NCBI GenBank assembly: GCA_032718475.1
Contig: JAUCBJ010001237.1
Coordinates: forward strand, 50,496-114,495
DNA: 64,000 bases
Reading direction: 5' to 3'
Origin: Nemertoderma westbladi
Taxonomy: Eukaryota; Animalia; Xenacoelomorpha
Shown here piece by piece: positions 1 to 12,929 of the stretch. The position numbers and the translations under genes are program-made. The notes beneath the pieces are model-generated. The model ran no database searches, was not told the origin of the DNA, and was given only the letters and a program-made list of their open reading frames with translations. How positions within the stretch are numbered: the stretch's first letter is position 1; each line of letters starts with the position of its first letter.

Positions 1-655
1 GCCTATGGCATGTATTGGTAGGCTTATGGCGGTAGGACCATGGCATGTATTGGTAGGCCTATGAGTTATGACCTGTATTGGTAGGCCTATGGAATGTATT
101 GGTAGGCTTATGGCCTGTATTGGTAGGCCTATGGCCTGTATTGGTAGGCCTATGGCATGTATTGGTAGGCTTATGGCCTGCATTGGTAGGCCTATGGCGG
201 TAGGACTATGGCATGTATTGGTAAGCTTATGGCGGAAGGACTATGGCCTGTGTTGGTAGGCCTATGGCGGTAGGACTATGGCATGTATTGGTAAGCCTAT
301 GGCGGTAGAACTATGGCCTGTATTGGTAGGCCTATGGCGGTAGGCTTATGGCCTGTATTGGTAGGCCTATGGCCTGTATTGGTAAGCTTATGGCCTGTAT
401 TGGTAGGCCTATGGCGGTAGGACTATGGCATGTATTGGTAGGCCTATGGCGGTAGGACTATGGCATGTATTGGTAAGCCTATGGCGGTAGAACTATGGCC
501 TGTATTGGTAGGCCTATGGCGGTAGAACTATGGCCTGTATTGGTAGGCCTATGGCTGTAGGACTATGGCCTGTATTGGTAGGCCTATGGCGGTAGAACTA
601 TGGCCTGTATTGGTAGGCTTATGGCGGTAGGACTATGGCCTTTATTGGTAGGATT
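1..655. repeat. Minisatellite of interspersed 21-bp (GCCTATGGCMTGTATTGGTAG) and 14-bp (GCCTATGGCGGTAG) units, running off the left edge
   Basis: Units visible directly; ORF 68-259 is only the translated repeat. Confidence 0.95.
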
Positions 656-1670
656 ATATGGCTTATAGAAATTTGTTGGATGGGCAATTGCCCTCCTTGC
701 CCCTTGTCCCGTACGCCTATTGGACTATTAATTGGTGACAAGTTACGCATTTCATATGTAACGTATTTTTGTCAAGAAAATATGTATACTTGTCCACAAA
801 TTTACAGTATTCACGAAGTATAAGAAAATTATATAAGAAATATAATACTGAAATTTCAAGATATAATTTTTTTAAGCAAAGAAGAGGTTACAGAGGTTTT
901 TCAACACATATAATTTTTTTACACTTTATACTTGGGTTTCCTGTCGCGATAAAATCGATGCTAATGTACTGTAAGTAGTTAGTTTTGATGAACTGCAAAT
1001 TATATGAGGATCACATATGTAATATATTTGCATAAACTTGTTTTGAATTCTTCATTTTCAATATATTATGACGCCACCTCTTCCAAAACAACACAAATTT
1101 TATTGACAAGTCTACGTTTTTGTAGTTTGGAATTTACTTTCTCAGGTTGTGTATAATCACATTTGTACTACAATTTTACAATTTATATATGTTAAAGAGC
1201 AAAAAATTAGCTTTCGAACGATACTTGAATGACTGAAATCCGTTCAGCGGTTCAAATTTTACAACTTTGACCAAAATATTGGCCTTTTAATTCCTTAAAG
1301 TGTTATAAGTGCCATATATGTTCCGCAGATTAATTTTTATAAACGTTTTTGGGCATTATCATCAAGAAGGAATACAGGAAATATGGGTCGGTTTGAGAAC
1401 AACTTATATTTGGTTTTAAGTTTAAGTTACTCAAGTGAATCAATTTTGGAATATCTTTCATCAAACGCTCTGTAAAATTTGGATCGTAGATAAAAAAAAA
1501 AGGTTTGGTAAATTACAGCCAGAATTGAATCAGTTAGTTTAAGGGATTTAGGAAAGGAAAACTTGTAGTACAGACTACAGCACGTGTACACTGGGTAGTT
1601 CACTACGCAGTTAACCTACTTACGTAGTTGTCAAGTAAACAGTTTTTTTTATACAAATAAATGGACTTAC

Positions 1671-1787
1671 TTGCGACGTTTGTTTGTCTCCGCGGAAAGT
1701 ATTCGGATTCTATCACGCCCCCTAGAGGCTCGGCCCATATCCCGCACTTTCTCCAATCTCTCGAAGTCCATAAGCTTAAATTTCTCT
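1671..1787 (-). CDS. Candidate 117-bp internal coding exon, possibly the start of a CUB-like domain
   Basis: Minus strand reads CTAACTTTAG acceptor, 117 nt, then GTAAGT donor. The phase 1-1 frame reads RNLSLWTSRDWRKCGIWAEPLGGVIESEYFPRRQTNVA. A second frame is also open. Confidence 0.5.
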
Positions 1788-2384
1788 CTAAAGTTAGTTT
1801 GAATAATATTACAATTTAAGGGAAAATAATGAACAATTATTTATAATATAAGGTTAATAATAATAAAAAAAACAAAATAATTAACCAATAACTTTGAACG
1901 AGAATAAAATTAACGCAAATATGACTAATTGACTCTAGTTTATTATTGATATAACATTGTGTTGGCAAGATGTATTTTTATACATAGTTTATACAGTGTA
2001 TACATAGTATACTAGTTTATTATGGCATAACTATAAAAATATGCAACTGTAATCTGCTCAATACCATTAATTGATAAGTATAACATTATTGATTCGTCGA
2101 TTCGATATGGTAAATGGTATTTGTGGAAAATAAATGTTATTGTTATTTGCGTAATTTTCCCCTGGGTGGGGTTCAATTGTTTTTCAACGCAATGCAATAA
2201 GTAAATTAGCGCTTCCTTGGATTACAGCAGGGGCCTACTTATTAATCGTATCTTAGACTACTAAAATCAACGTTATTTCAATGCTTCCCACATGATTACT
2301 AACTGGTAAGGTAAGTTTTCAACCAAATTCTAAAATAATACTACACGACCTATTACATTACTACCGGTACCTCCTTATATCCAT

Positions 2385-2574
2385 CAAGCAAAGCAAACAG
2401 TCGGCCGAAGCCGGAGGCGACCCGAATGCTCCTCTTTCGATTTTGCTCCCAGTTATTTAACTGGAACTCATTTTATCGACTCCAGTGGATGAAAGGCTGA
2501 GTGGACCCTGGCGGGACTGAACCTACAACCAATAGATTGCAGGCCCGGCGCTCAACCAAATGAGCTACCTCGCC
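2385..2574 (-). mobile_element. tRNA-derived SINE with conserved central core and short simple-repeat tail
   Basis: Minus strand GGCGAGGTAGCTCATTTGG (A box) and GGTTCAGTCC (B box), then core CAGCCTTTCATCCACTGGAGTCGATAAAATGAG; the same core recurs at about 47700. Confidence 0.75.
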
Positions 2575-5379
2575 TTATACCCATAGCCTATGTATTATAA
2601 TTGATATAAAAAGGATACGAATACGATGACCCATGGAATCGATTGTGGTCGCTGTAGACCAAAGACGAATCGTAACTGTTCCGTCGTTCTAAAAGATGAT
2701 GTTGTTCCGGCATCTTCTAGCTGAGTAGATCGGTTGCGCTAACCTTCGATGCGAAAAGAGCTGAGTGCCATTGAGGTGAAGTACAGCTTACCGGCGGGCC
2801 AATAAACACCGAAACGGTTGAATTAATTACAACAATTTATAGGCCTACCCGCTAGCGGTATAATAATAAATCGCGTTCAATTTCAACTAAAATTATGCTG
2901 GTTAAATAAAACCAACAAAGATTAATAACGTTCTACGTCCTTTGTGGAATTAGGTTATATGTCCATTAGAGAGACAAGTAGAGTATTCCACAGCCTATAA
3001 CTGTATATAGGTTTTTAAAAGTTCACACAGTGAGAGAAAAACCACTGGTACGTAAACTGCTTATAGCGCATCACAATCACACATCAATCAATCAGTTTAC
3101 ACAATCACAATCAAACAATGCGTACCGGTACATTAAATATCTGCTGCCATACAAGCCAGACCACATGGACTGTAATTGGTGAAGTTGCCACGATCAGACG
3201 ATGTACGACGACATGGCGACGTAGGCCTATTATGCTACCGGTATCAGATAGCTGATAAATTGAAGTATTGTGCTGCCAAGTCAAGATTCCTTAGTTGCAT
3301 AGCAACAAGAATGAAAACAACTTACATTGCTGATTAATATTGAGGGATTTTATTTTAAATAACGCATTGTTAGATTATAGATTTAAACTATGTCACCTAA
3401 TGCAATAATGCATATGAAAGGCGTTGGGGAGTATTGAGTTAAAATTAAACACACTCCAGGGCAAAATAATAGATAATTGCGAGCACAAAGGAAAATGTAA
3501 CCTGCTCTGCTCTCTTGACTCGCACTTAGTGTTTTGTTAGAATAATAGAAATAGCTTGCCAATATAAACCCCTTCCCGTTATTTTATAGTCGGGATCCAA
3601 GAAACGACCCTGATGCGAAGTGACAGTCATCCATCCATGTAGGTTGAGAGGGAGAAGGTCGTGTCTGAAAACCAGCATTTTTACTTTTTAGTCCGGCAGA
3701 TATTTCGGTACCTCGCATGGGGATAATGGTGCAAAATGACCGAAAACACGAACTATGTGTGTAGATGGTTTAAAAAATTAATTTAATTTAAAACATTAAG
3801 TGAAAGGATCAGGTTACAATGGTGGTGTTTTCTAACCAAAACAATAAACGAAACTTTATTTTACTTGCGGTCAATTTGAAACACGTTCGAAGGGCCTTCG
3901 CGTAGCACGTAATCCTGAGAAGCTGTACAGATTCATACCAAGTTAGGTATAATTTCATCAATGATTGACCGACTTATTTCGGTTTTTATCAAAAGGCTGA
4001 AACTACTGGTAAAGACTGAAAGACTGTCTGATTTTTGACCAAACTTCAGAATCTTTCTAAACCTTTGACAGACCACAAGTTTACCAAGTTTGGTTATACA
4101 GTATCAATCAATCAATCAATCCGGAATGATGCCCCGGTGGCTTTAATGATATACAATTTTGTAAATTATATTATTTATAGCACACAACTAAGAACTAACT
4201 ACAGTACTACTAACTAATATAATATAGCCTACTACAAGATTAATACACTAATAATAATAACTACACAATACTACTACTGCATTGCATATAGTCAATCAGG
4301 GGCGAACAAGCGAACTTATGATACGCCCATGAAAGACATTAAATAATTATCTTAATAACGTACCAAACGGTATGGTAATTTGAAAATAATAATAATGTAG
4401 AGTCTGCGACCCTCAGAGATCAAATATTTACTCTATCAACAAAAATGAAAGATAATATAATTTTAATTGTTTGCAACGAAATGTTGTGACCTCAAAACAA
4501 GTAAAACAGTTTAAAACTATGCATTGCTATTGTGATTTAGAAATGCTGTTATTGTACCCTTATGGTGTAATTTTTGATTGACTTCCTGAACATGTTATAG
4601 CAGATCCCTTGAAGTGTTTAAGATCAAATGGTAGATCATTCCATAGTGAAAGGCCCATATAGAAAAGGTTAGCTCTGGAGTAGTTAGTTCTCAGAGTCGG
4701 TAGTCTGTAATCATTTTGGCGTCTAGTGTGTCTGCCATATTGCAAATCATTTTCAAGTTCAGTTGCGGTGGTAAAAACGAGTATCATCCCATATTGAGTT
4801 TGTATATGAGCTTTATATTTTGGAAATTATATAGCGAATTCAGAGTCAATAATTTTAAATCTGAGAATAGTGGTGCAGTGTGGTATCTGTAAGGCTTTAG
4901 GCATGTGACCCTAATTGCCCTCTTTTGCAATTTAAATAATTTTCCAAGGTTTGTGTTGTTAGTATTACAGTTGCCCCAGATACTCAATGCATATGTAATG
5001 TAAGATATGGCTCAATTAAGGTATTATATAACGTTTTACGGATTTGAAATGGGATAAAGTGCTTAATTTTATTAATTACGCCGATTTTTTTTTGCAATTT
5101 TTACACGAATGGTATCAATATGAAAGTTCCAAGTTAAGTTAGCAGAAAAGTGTACACCAAGGAATTTGATGTTCTCCGTTTTTGAAATATAATTGTTTCC
5201 AATGGATATAGGGTACCGGTAGTTTAAATTTTGGGTAATACAGCGCAGCTTAAATATCATATATTTTGTTTTCTTGATATTCAAGGATAGTTTGTTAATA
5301 CTCAACCATTCGTATATATGTGAAATTTCACCATTTAAAGTATTTACAACCTGATCTATGTTCTTCCCAGAAATAAATA

Positions 5380-6520
5380 CTACTAGGATCGGCATGCTGC
5401 ATTGCAGCTGCATTTTTAAGAATGCTGTGCCGGCTTATCGACAAAATTGCACCGCCACAACTCCCTATCACCCATGACATTTGCTAGATCATCCGCATCT
5501 TCAAGGCCAGTGTCCTTTAAGATGCGTCTCAAGAAAGTCATGGGCTGTCCACCATGCTTATTCACTCCATGAGGCTGCCAAAGTACAAGATTATGCACTG
5601 GCTGGTACTCACGGCGAAAGCAATGTCCTGCAAAGCGGAGGCGATTTTGTTCTAGTGTCAAGCTTGGGGGAACCAATGAGACACCTCCAATGTTATACAG
5701 TGGCTGGTTGGAGATGTGTGCATTGTACTTAAAGTAAAAAGTAAAGTAAATTTTCTTCGGCCGCTAGGCCAGGGATTACGCACAAAGTCTGACGACTTAT
5801 TTCCAGTGCGGTCCCCCCAGAACTTTACTCCCCAGAGGAAACTCCAGTACTCATTTAGCTACCACTTAAGGATGCAAGGCAGAGATGCGCCCTGGCTGGT
5901 CCCTTTAAAGCATTCGTGCCGAAACGAAAACTGCCCTGGCCCATGTGAGGATCGAACCCACGACCTACGGGAGATGTGAATTCAATGCGACCACTACACC
6001 AAGGTGGAACCTAAATTTGACACATTGAACCCGGCGTAGCATTCTTGTGAATGTGCCATCCAGAGATTTGGTGTCCTCAGCAGTTAGAGCCCAGCATGGA
6101 CTCCCATAGAGGAGTAATGGAACTACTGCTGCTCTAAATAATCGGACCTTAAGTTTCCGATTAATTCTCGGTGACTTCCAAATCCTGGAAAGCCTATTCA
6201 AGGCTGCCCATGCCTTTCCCTTACGTATTCGAAGGTCCTCACCTGACTTCCGGATCCATGATCTCAGGTAACAGAAGTCATCCACATGCTCAAGCATACC
6301 ATCTTTTGAGCTTATGCTCATCCGATCAGAGACTTGCTGAGGACTTTTAAAGTTAACTGTCAAAATTTTGGTCTTTCTGGAGTTAATAAAAATACCAACA
6401 CTAGAAGCAGCATGTTCTAATGAGCTGAGGAGCCGTTGGGCTCCCTCTAGTGATTCTGAGAGTACTCCTAAGTCATCAGCAAAGTCTAGATCAGTTAGGT
6501 ACTTGGCAGGATTTCCTCGA
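5380..6520 (-). mobile_element. 5'-truncated RTE-type LINE inserted in the CR1, with 12-bp TSD
   Basis: DLDFADD, RLFRAAV..LLYGS..W and RLRFAGHC motifs; TAGTAG tail; TSD CAGAAATAAATA at 5368-5379 and 6521-6532. Confidence 0.9.
5731..6011 (-). mobile_element. tRNA-derived SINE inserted in the RTE
   Basis: Minus head GGTTCCACCTTGGTGTAGTGG...GGTTCGATCC and (TTTAC)n tail; interrupts the RTE reading frame between RVQCVK and YNAHISN. Confidence 0.8.
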
Positions 6521-7298
6521 CAGAAATAAATAGATTGGTATCATCAGCAAATATAATAAATTTAAGAATTTCGGAGCAATTAACAATATCATTAATATAT
6601 AATAAGAACATTAGTGGCCCCAGTATGGACCCCTGGGGTACGCCACACTTAATTTCTAGAGGGCTAGAAAGTGTTCCACCGAGGTCAACATATTGATACC
6701 TACAATGGAGATAACTTTCAAACCATTTTAACGGCATGCCACGTATGCCATAGTGTTCTAGCTTTTTTAGAAGAATGGAATGATTTACTGTATCAAAGGC
6801 TTTGCTAAAGTCCAGGAATATCCCTATTGTGATATCTTTATTTTGTACAGCATCAGATAGATTTGACTGAAGAAGGGTGAGGGCGGTAATTGTAGATTTT
6901 TTAGGTTGAAATTCAAATTGGTCGTCTGTTATAACTTTGTTATCGGCCAAAAATTTCATCATTTGCAAACTAACTGATTTTTCTAGAATTTTTGAAAATA
7001 GGGGTAGAATGCTGATTGGACGATAGTTACCAAACTGATTGTCTTCACCATTTTTCTAAATTGGTACAACACGGGCAATTTTCATCAAATCAGGAAAAAT
7101 ACCAAGATATAATGATTGGTTTATTATCGTCACCTTCAAGGCAGAACCCCCTAAGTCGATTTTTGTAGTTCTGAGATAATCGATAAAAACTGTTTATTTT
7201 TTAAAGAGATGCCTCAGTTTACTTGTTATTGTGTTTTTTGATAACTAAATATATATAGAATTCATATAACTAAACTTTCAATTTGATTTAGAATAACC

Positions 7299-7494
7299 TT
7301 TGAAATATATTGCGGTTTTTATGTAAAAATTCGGACTTATGGTGTTTTGCCAAAACAAGGGGGAACACCATTTTCTGGTATTATCCCGTAACTATACGAT
7401 AGTTGCGGGGTATTGCCTAGAAAACAAGGTATCCTCAATTTGGTAAAACACCATAAGTCCGAATTTTTACAAAAAACACGCAAAATATATCAAA
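7299..7494. repeat. Imperfect ~195-bp palindrome (MITE-like)
   Basis: TGTAAAAATTCGGACTTATGGTGTTTT pairs with AAAACACCATAAGTCCGAATTTTTACA. Confidence 0.8.
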
Positions 7495-8214
7495 TAATAG
7501 CCAAGGCGTATCGTACGTCCTTAATTATTTAGTGCGTAGTGCGCACGTAATACATGTGCGCATTTGTTATTAGCTAATACGTGCTATCTAACATGTTAAC
7601 TAGCACATGATCAGGTGTTAGTATTACCTGTAAACGCAATAATAACAAATAATCACATACAATATAGCTAACATACACGCACATGTTGGAAATTGTTGAA
7701 TTCAAAATTCTAAAGGGCTCCATAAGTTTTTGATATTTTGGTATTAATTGCTTCTAAAATAAGTACGGGACTGTAGTTAGAATCATGTATCAATACAAAT
7801 TGAACAAAATGTAGCCAAATGCAGAACTATAAGAAGAAAATTTAGATTCAAGAAAGCGGAACTCTAAGTACAAAATATAGCCATGGGTGGTACTCTACAG
7901 TAAGAACAAAGTCTAGCTACAGGGTTACAGCTACGTTAAAGTAAAGTTCACTTACATTACGTCATGACGAATAATTAAAGACCTGTTTTTTCTACAGTAC
8001 GTGGCAACATTCTGAGCAACTCTATCAGCAACTTAGTAAGCATTTCAGGTTGCCGATCAAGTTGCTCTATGTAAACGCGAACTTTGTTGCTGTTAAAGAT
8101 GCCTCATATAACGGAGACTAAAAGTTAATGTTGCTCAAATTAAGTTGCTAGTTGCTGACCAAATTGTCCAAAACGTCCGGCAACCTAGAGTAACTTATAG
8201 CAACTTGGACAAAA

Positions 8215-9078
8215 ACAAAATGAGGGATAGATATTTATCAGCGCCACAAACATTAAATGAGGGATAGATATTTATCAGCGCCACAAACATTAATGTGGGA
8301 CAAACATTAATCAGGGTGACAAACATTAATGTGGGACATAAACATTGATGTAGGACACAAACATTAATGAGGGACACAAACATTAATGAGGGACACAAAT
8401 ATTAATGAGGGACACAAACATTAATGAGGGATACAACATTAATGAGGGACACAAACATTAATTGAGGGACACTAACATTAATGAGGTACACAAATATTAA
8501 TGAGGGACACAAACATTAATGAGCGACACAAACATTAATGAGGGACACAAACAATAAACGAGGGACAGATATCAATCAAGGGCACAAACATTAATGAGGG
8601 ATACAAACATTAATGAGGGACACAAACATTAATGAGGGACGCAAAATTTAATGAGGTACACAAACATTAATGAGGGACACAAACATTAATGAGGGACACA
8701 AACAATAAACGAGGGACAGATATCAATCAAGGCCACAAACATTAATGAGGGATACAAACATTAATGAGGGACACAAACATTAATGAGGGACGCAAACATT
8801 AATGAGGTACACAAACATTAATGAGGGACACAAACATTAATGAGGTACACAAACATTAATGAGGGACACAAACATTAATGAGGGACACAAACATTAATGA
8901 GGGGCACAAACATTAATGAGGGACACAAACATTAATGAGGGTCACAAACATTAATGAGGGACACAAACATTAATGAGGGACACAAACATTAATGAAATAC
9001 ACAAACATTAATGAGGGACACAAACAATAAACGAGGGACAGATATCAATCAAGGGCACAAACATTAATCATGGGCACT
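8215..9078. repeat. 19-bp minisatellite (GGGACACAAACATTAATGA)n inside the DNA transposon
   Basis: About 45 units visible; about two inverted units at 9453-9487. Confidence 0.95.
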
Positions 9079-10301
9079 ATCGCCCTTCGCACTTAGTATG
9101 ATTCATGTTACCACCCATATACATACAATATATTACAGTATTACAATTCTCATTACTGTCAAGCAATAAAATAACAACAATAAATAATAACATATTAATC
9201 TGACCAAACCAATAAACTATGTTATTGCCAATTGAAGGAAAGGATCAGGTTACAGAGATGTTTTTTCTAACCAAAACAATAAACGATGTTGTTAGTAAAA
9301 AGGGAAGGAGTAGGAGTAAAAAAATGATGAACATGAGGGGGAGATAGGAATCGGGGAGGGGGGGGGGGGGGGGGGTAAAATGAATGGTGGTGGTAGGAGG
9401 TAAATTGAAAATATGGGGGTATACCAGCCGGGGTGTGGGTGGGGGGGGGTCAATAATGTTTGTGTCCCTCATTAATATTTGTGTCCTGGCCGCAATACAA
9501 ACCAGTATAAATGATAAATTACGGGGTTTTGCCAGGCTATTGTTTCTGATTTACGGGGTTTTACATGATGTTATTTCTAATTTAAGGGGTTTTGCCAGGT
9601 GGACTGAATTTCATATACTTGAATTTACGGTGTTTTGCAAGCCAATTATAGACTTGGGGGGTTCTGCCTCGAAGTGGGCATAAGTTACGGGGAACTGTCT
9701 TTGGCTTATAACTCAAAAATGGCTGGTAGAAAAGCTTCGGGGTTCTGCCAGACGAAAAAGCCGATATCGAATTACCCAAAAAGTCAAAAACATGAAAATC
9801 GAAAAAAATCGACTTAGGGGGTTCTGCCTTGAAGGTGACGTTATATGAGTTAGGGGATGTTCAATATTTACAAAATTATTGACAGCAATTATTGGATCAA
9901 CTCCGTCTGAACTGATTGCTTTCGATTTACTTATACTTGATGCAATGTCACATACATCATCAATAGTTAACGGGGAAAATAAAATAGAATTACAGGTTGG
10001 TGTACCCATGGTATTACTGTATATAGAGAACCGCATACTAATGGTATATCTTTTGCCAGATTTAATCCAACATTACTGAAGAAATTGTTAAAACCATTTG
10101 CAATATCAATTTTATTGGAACTAGGGCAATTGTTAATAATGAAAGAGTCAGGGTATCTCAAAGTTGTATTTTTCCTATTAATCAGTTCTTTGATTACTGT
10201 CCATGTTTTGCTAATATTATTTCTATGCGTATTAAATAACTTTGAGTAGTAATTTTGTGTTGCTTGTGTTAAGGTTTTGGTTAAAATATTTTTGTACATT
10301 A

Positions 10302-10700
10302 TACTACTACTACTAGGTCGAGCGAACTCGGACAGTGGAAATGAGATCCTTCCAGGCTTCCAGATTCTCCACAGTTGTCGCAATTTCGTTTCTCCCAAGT
10401 TCAGTATCCCTTTCAAGTTGATCTATATATGTTATAGCCGGTCGTCCACTGGTACGCTTTCAATGAGTTGGTTGCCAGAGAAGTAGATCTGGTAGGACCT
10501 CGTCTTTACTTCGCCAGCAGTGCCCACTGAATCTTAATCTGCGTTCACGGAGGGTGGTTGATACAGGTGGTCTTGTACCATAAAGCTCGGCATTTGTCAT
10601 GTGTTGTCTCCAGCTGATGTTTAGGGCTGCCCTTAGTAGTCTTGTGTAGCAACCATCAATTCATTGGTCAAGTGATTTAGTCAGTGTCCAGGTCTCACCC
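10302..10700 (-). mobile_element. 3' end of a second RTE-type LINE with (TAG)n tail
   Basis: GETWTLTK..DGCYTRLLRAALN and RPAITYIDQLERDT motifs; tail at 10302-10315 abuts the CR1. Confidence 0.8.
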
Positions 10701-11169
10701 GTTAGTCTGTACTGTAGTAGTCCGGTAGTATAAGTTGAGATTATTATCTAGTAGGGGGACCCAGACAGCTTAATACGATACGATACGAGTATTATAAAAC
10801 TGACATGTCTGCATGTTGGTAAAAAGTTTCTACAAAATAGGCCTATACCCCTACTGCACTACTGACAATCTGGCATCTTTAGTCAGCCCTCCAATTGTTA
10901 ACAATTGAGTTGCTCGGAAAACACATTAAAAAAAATATGATGAAAAAAAAGACTGGGGGTGAACCCCCCCCCCCCCCTTAAATGTAACTTCCAGCCACAT
11001 ACAGTAGGCCTAGGCCTACATTCAATAAGTAACTTTACACAATCGTCTCCAGTAAAAATATTTTACCATCGTTGTAAACTAAGGAGAGTGATTTTCGATC
11101 TATTCAAATACACATAAAATCTCAACCTTTCCACACTTCGTTTGGTTTATATCAATTATTAATATGATT

Positions 11170-11440
11170 AAGAATATTTTTGCAATTGCAAAAAATCAGC
11201 ATTGAATGTTCCTCTTAAATTATTTAATTTATTGTTGCGCCAAAAGACTCGCCCCTTTCTAATGATAGACACCGTGAAATTATTGATGATTGAAACTGAA
11301 AATGATTGAAACTCACTGATGCCCACCGGCCCAAACATCTGGAACAAACTACCCCCCTCATTAAAAAACTCAGTATCTCGTAAATCGTTGTCTCGAAAAC
11401 TCAAGAAACATTTCCTATTCGACCTCGACCTAAAGTAATG
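11170..11440 (+). mobile_element. 3'-terminal fragment of a CR1/L2-type LINE
   Basis: GPNIWNKLPPSLKNS...KLKKHFL C-terminal signature. Confidence 0.65.
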
Positions 11441-12086
11441 ATTACTTACTAACGACTGTCCCACTGCCGATTTAATATTACAATTGTATAATGTGTCTAA
11501 TATCACATTACCACTGTATATCTACAGTATGTTGTTCAGTTATAATCAAAACGTTATGCTGTGCTAGGTTTTATATGTAACTAATATACGAGCTCGCGAG
11601 GGCTCGTTGAATTGAATTGAATAATTGAGTGTTATTTAACAAACACCGTCGACTCCGGGCACGTTGTCACCCCTTATTCAATTGTTTCTCGCCCAACACT
11701 TTTTTCGCGCCCAACCTTATTCACAGAGCTCTTATTTTTTTATCTTTTTTTTTATTTATATCTTTTTACATACATAGGCTTAACCGCTTCTACTTGTACG
11801 TTTAAAAAAACCACAAATTTCCGCTGGTAGATGAAATGAACAGCCACGAATAATAAGATATAGAAAAGTATTAATGTCACAACCACATTTCCAATAATAA
11901 TTTAATTAAATTGGAGATTCGAATTAAAACTTGGCAATGGGTAAATAACTGAAAGTAAAAACCAAGTAAGACAATATTTAAATTAAAAACTTAAGCAAAT
12001 GGATGGGGTGTGTGGGGGGAGGGGGGTGTTGTGTTCTGCGTTACATTCTCTGACTTCTGTGTTAACAACTACCCACCCACCTTTAG

Positions 12087-12929
12087 TTATAGTTCAGCTA
12101 AGGGCCTTGTACTATTGTAGTGCTCCCCCAACCCAAACATATGTCTATGGTAAGTTATAACCAGAACGGGTACAGCTTCGCTATTTACTGTAACAACGGG
12201 TCCTTCGGACTGCACAACATCAATGCGAGCCTTCAGCTCGGCGGAGAGCGCGTGAATCTCCGGCTGACCACCCCAGACTGGTTCATTAACGATCCGTCTA
12301 CAGTAGGAAGAGAACTCCTCCAGAGTGAGAGGCTCCCCCTCGGAGTCGGTGAGGAACGGGAGGTATTCCTCCGGGTTGGAACGCATCCGTTCCGACGTGC
12401 GTTCCCGCAATGACTCAACGTCCACGGCCTGGATGCCGCGCAACCCGCGGCGCCAGTTCCATTGGTCCCCTACCGCCGCGTACAGACAATCCCCGTCGGA
12501 CGCGATGTCCCGGGGTTCCAACCCTCGGTCCCGGAGGATGCTCGCTATCCTCTCGGTTTCCCGTTGCCGCGGTCCGTTCGCGTCCTCCAGCCGACCCGCC
12601 TCTATCAGTTTATCGGTTTCCGCCGACTTGGCCGCCTTGCGGTCTCGTCGCTTCTGGGCACGCGTTACTCGCACCCCGTTACATGCGTTAACCTCTTCCG
12701 TTTTCTTGTTATTCGCATCTCCGCTGTCGATATCTAAATCTCGAAGTTCCAGCGAGAGTCTAGCTATAATGGCAGACAGTTTTTTAATGTTTTTCTTGTC
12801 AGATTGTTTACATTCTGCTTTTTTGAGTTCTAATTCTCCTATCCTTGATTCCAACTCAAGTTGAATTTTGTTTTTTAATGATGTCTCGTCTGGTAATAAT
12901 TCTTGTTCAATATTATTGTTCTTAGCCAT
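12087..12929 (-). CDS. OTUD6B: OTU-domain deubiquitinase, OTUD6B-like (280 aa, single coding exon)
   Basis: N-terminal coiled coil, RAQKRR motif, DGDCLY catalytic Cys box, WGGQ.EI, YHRH.FGLGEHYNS His box; GGCATGG start context. Confidence 0.92.
   Translation of the reverse strand: MAKNNNIEQELLPDETSLKNKIQLELESRIGELELKKAECKQSDKKNIKKLSAIIARLSLELRDLDIDSGDANNKKTEEVNACNGVRVTRAQKRRDRKAAKSAETDKLIEAGRLEDANGPRQRETERIASILRDRGLEPRDIASDGDCLYAAVGDQWNWRRGLRGIQAVDVESLRERTSERMRSNPEEYLPFLTDSEGEPLTLEEFSSYCRRIVNEPVWGGQPEIHALSAELKARIDVVQSEGPVVTVNSEAVPVLVITYHRHMFGLGEHYNSTRPLAEL

Larger units (their letters stand above)
7128..9840. mobile_element. Non-autonomous DNA transposon with about 37-bp TIRs and 4-bp TSD, inserted in the CR1
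   Basis: CGTCACCTTCAAGGCAGAACCCCCTAAGTCGATTTTT at 7128 and its reverse complement ending at 9840; TTAT on both flanks; CR1 frame (HPLTHI/INQSL) rejoins after removal. Confidence 0.9.
4103..10301 (-). mobile_element. Degraded CR1/L2-type non-LTR retrotransposon ORF2, split by nested insertions
   Basis: Fragments read IANGFNNFF, YRPISIL, FLDFSKAFDTV, GVPQGSILGP, FADDT, KFLGV, LQKRAIR, LWNDLP in the correct order; possible (ATTG)n tail at 4103-4120. Confidence 0.9.

Noticed and set aside
2500-6011. tRNA genes at 2500-2574 and 5935-6011
   Set aside because: A and B boxes are present but the stems are degenerate and continue into SINE bodies and tails
8215-9078. CRISPR-like appearance of short repeat arrays (also 1-655, 44374-44588, 60754-60903)
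   Set aside because: Head-to-tail units without spacers, in a eukaryotic context
9340-9450. Poly-G/C runs as functional G-quadruplexes (also about 10964, 40559, 50346, 59986, 60625)
   Set aside because: Homopolymers are common in this window and prone to length error; no positional pattern seen
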